Below, piece by piece: positions 41,588 through 49,892 of a stretch of 64,000 bases of DNA. Numbering within the stretch: position 1 is the stretch's first letter; every line of letters begins with the position of its first letter. Source of the DNA: Fidelibacterota bacterium (GTDB lineage: Bacteria > Fidelibacterota > Marinisomatia > Marinisomatales > TCS55). The stretch is from contig JAPNQO010000079.1 of assembly GCA_027251445.1 (NCBI GenBank), positions 32,001 through 96,000 on the forward strand, read 5' to 3'. The position numbers were made by a program, and so were the translations under genes. Under the pieces are notes generated by a model, which did not search any database, was not told where the DNA came from, and worked only from the letters and a program-made list of their open reading frames with translations.

Positions 41588-41620
41588 AAAAAAGGTTCGG
41601 GAATAAGTCCCGAACCTTTT
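41588..41620 (-). terminator. Rho-independent terminator downstream of rpsU (potentially bidirectional)
   Basis: 13-bp stem AAAAGGTTCGGGA/TCCCGAACCTTTT with a 5-nt loop and a U6 run on the minus strand. Confidence 0.9.
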
Positions 41621-41648
41621 CATTATCTTTAAAATTAAGTTATTTGAC

Positions 41649-41837
41649 TTAGTAATGAGATGTTCTTGTAATTCGTCTAGCAGCTTTTTTTCTTTCTGCA
41701 CGTTTTCTTTCACTAGGTTTTACATAATACGCTTTTTGTCGCACTTCTCGTAAAATTCCAGCTCTTTCCCATTTCTTTTTAAAACGTCTTAAAGCACGTT
41801 CTAATGGTTCACCATCTCTTACAGTTACTTCAACCAA
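41649..41837 (-). CDS. rpsU: 30S ribosomal protein bS21
   Basis: GEPLERALRRFKK...YYVKPS; TTG start. Confidence 0.97.
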   Translation of the reverse strand: MVEVTVRDGEPLERALRRFKKKWERAGILREVRQKAYYVKPSERKRAERKKAARRITRTSHY

Positions 41838-41844
41838 TTTTAAT

Positions 41845-41855
41845 TCACCTCCCTT
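41845..41855 (-). promoter_or_regulatory. Extended Shine-Dalgarno sequence of rpsU
   Basis: AAGGGAGGTGA, 7 nt before the TTG. Confidence 0.85.
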
Positions 41856-41862
41856 AAAAGGA

Positions 41863-42717
41863 TTATCCTAAATAGTTTCTTAAAGTTTTACTACGAGAAC
41901 GATGTCTTAAACGACGAATCGCTTTTTCTTTAATTTGCCTAACACGTTCGCGTGTAAGATTAAACTCTTCTCCTATTTCATTGAGTGTAAGAGCATAATC
42001 CCGCTCAATACCAAAATACATTTTAATTACCATTCTCTCTCTATCTTTAAGAGTATCAAGAGAATTACGAATTTCATCTTTTAATGAATCATTCATTAAA
42101 GGCGTATCTGGCTCTAATTGGTTTTCATCTTTTATTATATCAATTAGTGAGTTTTTATCTCCATCTCTAAATGGAGCATTTAATGATTGGTGTCTTCTTG
42201 AAATTCTCATAGCATCTATAACTTCATCAGGAGTCATATTTAATTGTCTACCAATTTCTTTTTCATTTGGAGAACGTTCAATTTCTGCTTCAAGCTTTTC
42301 AGCAGTTTTAGTAATCTTACTAATTGTTCCAACACGGTTCAAAGGTAAGCGTACAATTCTAGAATGCTCTGCAAGAGCTTGAAGAATAGATTGTCTTATC
42401 CACCAAACTGCATATGATATAAATTTAAATCCTCTAGTCTCATCGAACCTGCCAGCAGCTTTAATCAATCCAAGATTTCCCTCATTAATTAAATCTGTTA
42501 AAGGTAATCCTTGCCCTTGATAATCTTTAGCTACTGATACAACAAAACGTAAATTAGCCTTAACAAGTTCTTCCAATGCAGTGTGGTTTCCTTGTTTGAT
42601 TTTTATCGCAAGCTCTACTTCTCTATCGGGCTTTAGCGGTTCAAAATCACCGATTTCTTCAAGATATCTGCTTAAGCTACGATTAGATTCATTTACGGTT
42701 CTTCCAGTTTTTGCCAT
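41863..42717 (-). CDS. rpoD: Sigma-70 factor of the short RpoD type lacking region 1.1 (Bacteroidetes-like primary sigma)
   Basis: [53 protein letters not shown]; 284 aa. Confidence 0.85.
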   Translation of the reverse strand: MAKTGRTVNESNRSLSRYLEEIGDFEPLKPDREVELAIKIKQGNHTALEELVKANLRFVVSVAKDYQGQGLPLTDLINEGNLGLIKAAGRFDETRGFKFISYAVWWIRQSILQALAEHSRIVRLPLNRVGTISKITKTAEKLEAEIERSPNEKEIGRQLNMTPDEVIDAMRISRRHQSLNAPFRDGDKNSLIDIIKDENQLEPDTPLMNDSLKDEIRNSLDTLKDRERMVIKMYFGIERDYALTLNEIGEEFNLTRERVRQIKEKAIRRLRHRSRSKTLRNYLG

Positions 42718-42751
42718 TTATACCTCGTACTTATTATTCTAGATTAGCCAA

Positions 42752-42784
42752 CAAAGTTACACTATTTAATATATATGACTCAAG
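42752..42784 (-). promoter_or_regulatory. Putative Bacteroidetes-type -33/-7 promoter of sigma-rpsU
   Basis: CTTG-N21-TAACTTTG on the minus strand. Confidence 0.5.
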
Positions 42785-42803
42785 GATCGTGTTTAAAAAC
42801 TTT

Positions 42804-43565
42804 TTATTCAATCATTGAGGCAAATTCTTCAATAGTTAGAGTCTCTGGGCGACGAGAGAAATTAATTCTTTCAGTAATTTGATCCGAAAACTCCCAACTT
42901 TTTAATGAATTTTTAAGCATCTTTCTTCTTTGATTGAATGAAGCTGATACAATTTTATTAAACTTAATATATTTATTATCATCTATAAGGGGGGTTGGCT
43001 TTTTTGTTAAATGAATAAATGCAGAATCCACTTTTGGCTTGGGAATAAAAACATCAGGAGGAATTATGAATTTAGATTTTATGTCTATATAGGCTCCTAC
43101 CATAACAGTTAATCTTCCATAAGATTTTGTCGATACCTTTGCAACTAATCGATTTGCTACTTCTTTTTGTACCATTAAAAACGCATCTTCCCAATAATCT
43201 AATTGTTCAATTAACCAAAAAATTATTGGTGTGGTAATATTATATGGAATATTACCAATTACTCTAACTGGATTAGTAATTGGCAATTCATTTATATCAT
43301 AAAATAAAACATCTCCTTTAATTACATTTAAATTTTTTAATAACTCATGATTCTTAAGCTTATCAATTAATAAAGGGTCTATTTCTACTCCTATCATTTC
43401 TTTAACTTCAGGAAATATTTTTTCAGTTAATGCACCCTCCCCTGGTCCAATTTCTAAAATACAATTATCAGGTTTTGGATTAATTGTATGTGCTATTTTT
43501 TTTAATAGATTGTTATCTACTAAAAAATTTTGGCCCCATTTTTTTCTAAATGGGTGTTTCATCAA
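42804..43565 (-). CDS. rsmA: 16S rRNA dimethyladenosine transferase
   Basis: GQNFL, EIGPGEG, GNIPYNI, MVQKEVA, F.PKPKVDSA. Confidence 0.97.
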   Translation of the reverse strand: MMKHPFRKKWGQNFLVDNNLLKKIAHTINPKPDNCILEIGPGEGALTEKIFPEVKEMIGVEIDPLLIDKLKNHELLKNLNVIKGDVLFYDINELPITNPVRVIGNIPYNITTPIIFWLIEQLDYWEDAFLMVQKEVANRLVAKVSTKSYGRLTVMVGAYIDIKSKFIIPPDVFIPKPKVDSAFIHLTKKPTPLIDDNKYIKFNKIVSASFNQRRKMLKNSLKSWEFSDQITERINFSRRPETLTIEEFASMIE

Positions 43566-44317
43566 ATAGAAAATAAATTATTTATGTTTTCTGTTGTTTT
43601 CTTAGCAATTAATTCAAAAGAAACATTATGTATTTCAGCCAATTTCTCTGCAACATATCTTGTCCTTCCAGGTTCATTAACCTTTCCACGAAATGGTTCA
43701 GGGCTTAAATAGGGTGAATCCGTCTCAACTAATAATCTATCTAAGGGTAGATATTTTGCAACGCTTGGTAGTGTGCTATTCTTAAAGGTTAGATTTCCAG
43801 AAAATGAAATATAATACCCCATGTCTAATAATTTTTTTGCCGTGGTGAGTGTTGATGAAAAACAATGTGATACACCGATTACATTTGGATAACTAGACAA
43901 TATATCAAGTATGTCATTATCTGCTTCTCGATTATGAAAAATTACTGGTTTATTAATTTTATCTGCTAAAGCTAATAACTCATGAAAAATTTTAATCTGA
44001 TTTTTCTTTGGAGAAATATTTCTATAATAATCCAAACCGATTTCGCCAACCGCAATCATCTTATCTGATCTCATCATTGTTTCAATTTGCTGAATATAAT
44101 CTACACCAACATCTTTAGCATCATGCGGATGCACACCAGCAGAACAAAATACATTATCATATTTCTCTGCAATATCAAGAGATTGTGCTGAATCATGTAT
44201 ATTAGTACCCACACAAATAAATCGATTTACACCCAATTGTTTTGAACGATCAAAAATATTTTCTATATCATTTTGTATTTCATCATAGAAAAGATGGCAA
44301 TGGCTATCGGTTAACAT
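43562..44317 (-). CDS. tatD: TatD-family DNase
   Basis: DSHCH, GVHPH, GEIGLDY, HNREA, ETDSPYL. Confidence 0.95.
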   Translation of the reverse strand: MLTDSHCHLFYDEIQNDIENIFDRSKQLGVNRFICVGTNIHDSAQSLDIAEKYDNVFCSAGVHPHDAKDVGVDYIQQIETMMRSDKMIAVGEIGLDYYRNISPKKNQIKIFHELLALADKINKPVIFHNREADNDILDILSSYPNVIGVSHCFSSTLTTAKKLLDMGYYISFSGNLTFKNSTLPSVAKYLPLDRLLVETDSPYLSPEPFRGKVNEPGRTRYVAEKLAEIHNVSFELIAKKTTENINNLFSI

Positions 44318-44332
44318 AAAAATATTTATATT

Positions 44333-45823
44333 TTATTGAATGCGGGGAAATAGTGTTTCATGATCATTCAACTTTACTCCTGGTTTTAATCCTCCCCATT
44401 CTAATGACTTTCCAGAATTAAATGTATGCAGTACCTCTGCACACCTATTAGGCATAACAGGTGATAATAAAATGGTAGCAACACGCATTGATTCTCCAGC
44501 TGTATATAGTACGGTTCCAGCTCCTACTTTATCTTCTTTAACAAGCTTCCATGGCTTTTGTTCTTCCATGTACTTGTTTATACTTCTTACAAATTTCATT
44601 ATATCTTCAATGGAATCATTAATTTTCATTTCTTTAATCTTATTACTCATACCATTTAATAATGCTTCTGCTGATTTTATAATTTCTTCCTCACTTGAAG
44701 TTTGTTCTCCTTTATCAGGAATTAAACCATCATAATTTTTCTTGATTAGAGTAGAGACTCGGTTTAATAAGTTGCCATAATCATTTGCTAGATCGCTATT
44801 ATATCTCTTAATAAAAGATTCCATTGTAAAATTAGCATCTTGCCCTAAAACCATTTCTCTCATCAAATAATATCTAACGGGGTCAACACCATATTCTTCT
44901 ATAAGGTCAAGAGGGTTAACTACATTTCCCACTGATTTACTCATCTTTGATGAATCACTTAACCACCAGCCATGAGCAAAAATTGTTTTTGGAAGTGGAA
45001 TCCCTGCAGATAACAACATTGTTGGCCAATATACTGCATGAGTAGTTAAGATATCTTTACCGATAAGATGACAATCAGCTGGCCACCACTTATTGTAGGA
45101 CAAATCATCTTCTCCATAACCAGTTGCAGTAAGATAATTAATTAATGCATCAAACCAAACATACGTTACATATTCATCGTCAAAAGGCAATTCAATACCC
45201 CAATTCAATCTTGATTTAGGTCGAGAAATACATAAATCAGATAGTGGCTGTTTTAAAAAACCGAGGATTTCATTTTTTCGATGAGCAGGCTGAATGAAAT
45301 TATTATTATTTTCAATATGTTCTATCAATTGGGTTTGGAAATTGCTCATTTTAAAAAAATAATTAATTTCTTTTAGCTCTTTTATGTCCCTAAATATTCC
45401 GCTTTCAGCTTCCTTTTCCGTTATGAACCTTTCCTCTGAAACTGAATATAATCCAGTATACTCATCTTTATAAATATCTCCTTTATCAAAAACAAGCTGC
45501 AAAAATTCTTGAACAACTTTTTTGTGTCTTTCTTCTGTTGTTCTTATAAAATCATCATTTGAAATATGTAGTTTTTCCCATAACTCCGTAAAGCGTGGAG
45601 CCATTTCGTTGCAATGATCTTGTGGCTCTACTTTTCGATTACTTGCTGCTTCCTGCACCTTTTGCCCATGTTCATCTAACCCTGTTAAGAAAAAGGTGTC
45701 ATAATTGAGCTGACGATAAAAACGGGCGATCACATCTGCTAATATGGTAGTATATGCATGACCTATATGTGGCTTATCATTTACGTAGTAAATCGGTGTC
45801 GATATATAGAAACTGTTATTCAT
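44333..45823 (-). CDS. metG: Methionine--tRNA ligase (short monomeric form)
   Basis: HIGH, KMSKS, YVWFDAL, GKDI; ends at LFPRI with no C-terminal tRNA-binding domain. Confidence 0.97.
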   Translation of the reverse strand: MNNSFYISTPIYYVNDKPHIGHAYTTILADVIARFYRQLNYDTFFLTGLDEHGQKVQEAASNRKVEPQDHCNEMAPRFTELWEKLHISNDDFIRTTEERHKKVVQEFLQLVFDKGDIYKDEYTGLYSVSEERFITEKEAESGIFRDIKELKEINYFFKMSNFQTQLIEHIENNNNFIQPAHRKNEILGFLKQPLSDLCISRPKSRLNWGIELPFDDEYVTYVWFDALINYLTATGYGEDDLSYNKWWPADCHLIGKDILTTHAVYWPTMLLSAGIPLPKTIFAHGWWLSDSSKMSKSVGNVVNPLDLIEEYGVDPVRYYLMREMVLGQDANFTMESFIKRYNSDLANDYGNLLNRVSTLIKKNYDGLIPDKGEQTSSEEEIIKSAEALLNGMSNKIKEMKINDSIEDIMKFVRSINKYMEEQKPWKLVKEDKVGAGTVLYTAGESMRVATILLSPVMPNRCAEVLHTFNSGKSLEWGGLKPGVKLNDHETLFPRIQ

Positions 45824-45840
45824 ATAGAATCTAGTTTTAA

Positions 45841-46635
45841 CTAAAGTATTAGTTTTTTTTCAACATTTATTAAAAAGTTTGTCAATTGTATAGGCATAAA
45901 TAAATTTTTCTTCGGAGCATTAATAATATCCTCAATCATAAAATTTATTTTATCAAATTTTACAATAGGAAATTTTGAATTAAAATTTTCTACATTTTCA
46001 TTTAATTGTCTAATTGACGAATTTTCATTTTCGAGTATTCTTTTTTTACGTGCTAGCTTCAACCAACACTGAATCAAAAATAGATGAAATTCATATTCAT
46101 TTAAATCTTTTTGAGCCAATCTGCTATATTCCTGAACAAAATTTCTCCAGTTTTTCTCATTATATATTGTTATTACATTAGTTAACTTTTCAATTAATTG
46201 CGTTATGCTCTCAATTCCATTGTCGCATATTTTTTGCGCAAAATGCATATTACCTTCGCACATATTGGCAGCAAATACAGCTAATACTTCATCAATCCCA
46301 TTTGAAGTTAAATAACTGATAATTTTTTCATTTTTAATAGGTGGAAAATTTATAATTTGACATCTTGATAAAATTGTTGGAAGCAATTGTCCTTTATAAT
46401 CAGAAACTAAAATAAATGTAGTGTTTTCAGGAGGCTCTTCTAATATTTTTAATAATGCATTTGCTGATGAAGCATCTCCGGTGCAGAGCATATGCGCATC
46501 AAAAATAAGGATAATCTTTCTTCCTTTATCAATTGATTTTAAGAATAATTCTTTTTTCAAATTTCTAATATCACTAATAGGTATAGTTTTTGCTTTTGGA
46601 AGAGCAATCTTATAAAAGGGATTATTAGCTTTCAA
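45841..46635 (-). CDS. holB: DNA polymerase III delta' C-terminal part (frameshifted from the upstream ORF)
   Basis: SANALLKILEEPP, LLPTILSRC (SRC arginine finger). Confidence 0.85.
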   Translation of the reverse strand: MKANNPFYKIALPKAKTIPISDIRNLKKELFLKSIDKGRKIILIFDAHMLCTGDASSANALLKILEEPPENTTFILVSDYKGQLLPTILSRCQIINFPPIKNEKIISYLTSNGIDEVLAVFAANMCEGNMHFAQKICDNGIESITQLIEKLTNVITIYNEKNWRNFVQEYSRLAQKDLNEYEFHLFLIQCWLKLARKKRILENENSSIRQLNENVENFNSKFPIVKFDKINFMIEDIINAPKKNLFMPIQLTNFLINVEKKLIL

Positions 46636-46958
46636 TTTTTTTCATTTAATAGAATATTTTTTATACCATCTTCAGAAAGCTTTTTACCGCTTGGCGTTGG
46701 AATAATTAAGTGAGAGTTTTCATGCTGAAAAGCTAATGACTTTTTGCAGGAGCCACACACACCGCATGGATGTAATTTTCCATCGTTACAATTTAAATAT
46801 GCAGAAAACTTTAAAGCTGTTGCCTCTTTCCCAGATCCATTAGGTCCTAAAAATAAATATGCACTGCCTATACGATTATTCTTTTTTGAAAGAATAATTC
46901 TTTCCCATATTGATTTCTGTAAATTAAAATTCATAAATGTCATCTTTTCATTAACCAT
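46632..46958 (-). CDS. holB: DNA polymerase III delta' N-terminal part
   Basis: AYLFLGPNGSGK, Zn module LNC...PCGVCGSC; ends at an A7 run followed by TGA. Confidence 0.85.
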   Translation of the reverse strand: MVNEKMTFMNFNLQKSIWERIILSKKNNRIGSAYLFLGPNGSGKEATALKFSAYLNCNDGKLHPCGVCGSCKKSLAFQHENSHLIIPTPSGKKLSEDGIKNILLNEKN

Positions 46959-48136
46959 TTTTCTGGATTTAACTTTTGTCCATTACCCCATATTTCAAAA
47001 TGCAACTTTGATCCTTCAATGGAGCCAGCATCACCCATATATGCTATTATATCACCAGCTTGAACTTCTACTCCTTCATTAGCTTCTACATTTGTAATAT
47101 GGCTATATACAGTATAGAAACCTCCACCATGATCAATAATTAATGTAGTACCATAACCTCTTATATATGTTATGGTTGTTACAATCCCTCCAATAATTGA
47201 CCTTACAGGGGACCCAGGTTTCCCTTTAATATCTATACCAGGGTTTTCTGTAGTTGTCTTTCTCTCAGGGTTCCATGTACGCCCAAATTTTTTCACTACT
47301 CTTCCACTTGCAGGCCAAGGTAATTGTCCTTTAAGCTTTCCAAATACTTGTGTTTTTAATGCAACTTGTTGTTTCTTTATTCGATCGGCTCTTTCATAAC
47401 TGGATTTTTCTTGTCGAATTTTTTTAAGTAATGCTTCTAATTCTTGCATACCAGCTTGTTTCTCTTCAAGATATTTTGTTAACTCAGATTGATTCTTTCT
47501 AATTTTATTTAATTCATTTTGACGTTTTTTTCTACTTGCTCTTAAAGCAACCTTACTTTCTTCTTGATCTTTTTTTAATCTAACTTTATTTCTATAATTT
47601 GACTCTAATGATATTCTCTGCTTACCTATATCAATTAATAATGATTTTATTTTATTTTGAGTCCTTTGGTCAATATCTGAAATAATACCCATATATTTTG
47701 CACGATAAATTGCTTGTCTCCAAGATGATGAACTCAATAGCTTTTCTATATCTGATAAAGTCCCTTTTTTATACATCTGAATAATTCTTTGAGAATATCT
47801 TTTTCGTAATTTGGATAATTGACGCTCATTAGCTTGAATCCCTTTTGATATGTTATCTATTTCAATCTCTGTTTTGTTTAGTTCATTTTTGAGCTGATTA
47901 AACAACTTATTTGTTAGTGAAATTTCCTTATCAATATTAGATAGTCGTCGAGATGTGCTTTTTTCTCTTTTCTTTTCTGATTTTATCTTTCTTCTTGTCT
48001 CTTCAATTTCTTTCTTAACCTTATCAATTGCGCCTGATTGATAATTTAATTCAGTATCAAAATCTCGTCTATCATCTTGCGCGTAACTGTTATAATTGAT
48101 AATAACAGTAATTATTAATAAAAATCGTAAAAGCAT
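46940..48136 (-). CDS. envC: EnvC-like murein hydrolase activator (coiled coil plus degenerate M23 domain)
   Basis: Long coiled coil; LPWPASG, NPGIDI, YGTTLIIDHG, KLHFEI with Zn-ligand His residues missing. Confidence 0.88.
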   Translation of the reverse strand: MLLRFLLIITVIINYNSYAQDDRRDFDTELNYQSGAIDKVKKEIEETRRKIKSEKKREKSTSRRLSNIDKEISLTNKLFNQLKNELNKTEIEIDNISKGIQANERQLSKLRKRYSQRIIQMYKKGTLSDIEKLLSSSSWRQAIYRAKYMGIISDIDQRTQNKIKSLLIDIGKQRISLESNYRNKVRLKKDQEESKVALRASRKKRQNELNKIRKNQSELTKYLEEKQAGMQELEALLKKIRQEKSSYERADRIKKQQVALKTQVFGKLKGQLPWPASGRVVKKFGRTWNPERKTTTENPGIDIKGKPGSPVRSIIGGIVTTITYIRGYGTTLIIDHGGGFYTVYSHITNVEANEGVEVQAGDIIAYMGDAGSIEGSKLHFEIWGNGQKLNPEKWLMKR

Positions 48137-48204
48137 AGCATATGAAAGTACCTAGTAGACTAAAATCTATCCAAAGGGTTTTAATAATCAATTTAAGAGT
48201 AATC

Positions 48205-48233
48205 TTGACAACGCTAAAGATACTGTCTATTTT
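48205..48233 (+). promoter_or_regulatory. Putative sigma70 promoter
   Basis: TTGACA-N17-TATTTT; GAGG before the TTG start at 48264. Confidence 0.55.
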
Positions 48234-48263
48234 TCTATTCAATAAAATTGCGAGGTAACTGAT

Positions 48264-48776
48264 TTGAAAAACGCATATTGGAATAATATTTTCACTAATT
48301 GGGGAAAAGAAGAAAGTGAAAATGTAACAATAATTAAAAAAATACCTATTTTTGCTAATCTAAATCATAAAGAATTAGAGGAGGTTAGTAAACTACTTCA
48401 CGATAGAGTTTATAAACCAGATGAATATGTATTTAAGAGACATGCTCCTGGAGAAGGAATGTTTATTATTCATTCGGGTATGGTAAATATTATAGTGGGA
48501 GAAGCAAGTGGAAATTCTCAGGTATTAGCCGAATTATCTAATGGAGACTTTTTTGGAGAAATGGCCTTATTGGAAGATGAGGTACGTTCTGCAGCTGCAT
48601 TAGCAAAAGATCATTCAAAACTTTTAGGATTTTTTAGACCTGATTTAGAGGCTTTAATTGAAGTAAACCCATCATTAGGAAACAAAATTTTACAAAATCT
48701 TTCCAAAGCAGTATGTATGAGACTTAGAACAACAAATGAATTACTAATGGAAAAACAAATAAATAATAAATCATGA
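48264..48776 (+). CDS. Stand-alone cyclic nucleotide-binding domain protein
   Basis: PGEGMFIIHSG, FFGEMALL...RSAAA; no HTH. Confidence 0.9.
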   Translation: MKNAYWNNIFTNWGKEESENVTIIKKIPIFANLNHKELEEVSKLLHDRVYKPDEYVFKRHAPGEGMFIIHSGMVNIIVGEASGNSQVLAELSNGDFFGEMALLEDEVRSAAALAKDHSKLLGFFRPDLEALIEVNPSLGNKILQNLSKAVCMRLRTTNELLMEKQINNKS

Positions 48777-49891
48777 ATGATGATAAAAATTACATTCAAT
48801 TAATATACAGATTAATTGTTACAGTTCTTTTATTTGCTTTCTTAACAATAATATGGCCATATATCTCATCTGTTGTTACTATGCTAATTTTTGCATTCCT
48901 ATTTACTACAATTTTACTTCCCTTAGTTGATCAATTAGATAGTAGAATAAAATCTAGGGGAATTAGTATAGTTGTGGTGACGATTAGCTTAATAACTACA
49001 ATAATTATATTCTTAAAGGGTTTTGCCTCTGGAATGCTAGGTCAAGCTCGTGAATTTTCTAAGCAGATTGGGACTAAAGGATATGATGATAATCTAAATT
49101 CTTTAGCTATAAAACTTGAATCATATCTAGATAAATATATTAATGTTCCAGATATTGATTCATCAAATTTCGTTTCGAAAATTAATGGTATGGTTGGTGA
49201 AATTATACAAAATTTAATGTCATTAGCTGGGGCTATTGGAGGGTTTATTTTTACTTCAGTTATGGTGCTCATATTCACCATTATCCTTTTATCAAATTAT
49301 CATGAATTTAAAAAATCAATTGTTCAATTTATTCCTAACAAATATTTTGAGATGGGACTGAGAGTAATTTTTAATATCGAAAGACAAGTTTCAAAATATC
49401 TACAAGGTCAACTATTAGCAGCTTCCAGTGTGGCTCTAATGTCTTTCATTGGTTTATCTATATTAAATATAATTGGAGCTAATTTGACTCTTGTCATTTT
49501 CATTGCAATTATTGCTGGTCTTGCAAACCTAATCCCATTAGTTGGTCCATTTGCAGGAATGTTACCTGCAATTTTAGTAGCAGTAATGAATAATATTGGT
49601 TCTGATCAAGCATTAAACCACCAAATATTAAGCACTATACCATCACCTTTTTATATTTTCGATATTATTATTATGTTTCTTATTGTACAACAAATTGATA
49701 ATAATATTGTAACCCCTATTTTAATTGGAGAAAGTGTTGGGCTACATCCATTGATTGTTATGGTTTCTTTGCTTATTGGGGGAACGTTAATTGGGCCAAT
49801 TGGCATGTTGCTTGCTGTCCCTGCGGCTGGGATTCTTAAAGTCGTTGGTGTAGAAATTATGTTTTTAAAAAGGAATGCTCATTTATTATGA
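48773..49891 (+). CDS. AI-2E family transporter (UPF0118)
   Basis: Multi-TM; YLQGQL, NLIPLVGP, QQIDNNIVTP, GLHP, GMLLAVP. Confidence 0.93.
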   Translation: MNDDKNYIQLIYRLIVTVLLFAFLTIIWPYISSVVTMLIFAFLFTTILLPLVDQLDSRIKSRGISIVVVTISLITTIIIFLKGFASGMLGQAREFSKQIGTKGYDDNLNSLAIKLESYLDKYINVPDIDSSNFVSKINGMVGEIIQNLMSLAGAIGGFIFTSVMVLIFTIILLSNYHEFKKSIVQFIPNKYFEMGLRVIFNIERQVSKYLQGQLLAASSVALMSFIGLSILNIIGANLTLVIFIAIIAGLANLIPLVGPFAGMLPAILVAVMNNIGSDQALNHQILSTIPSPFYIFDIIIMFLIVQQIDNNIVTPILIGESVGLHPLIVMVSLLIGGTLIGPIGMLLAVPAAGILKVVGVEIMFLKRNAHLL

Positions 49892-49892
49892 T

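Noticed and set aside
46940..48136. Active M23 endopeptidase
   Set aside because: HxxxD reads NPGID and HxH reads KLH, the inactive EnvC pattern
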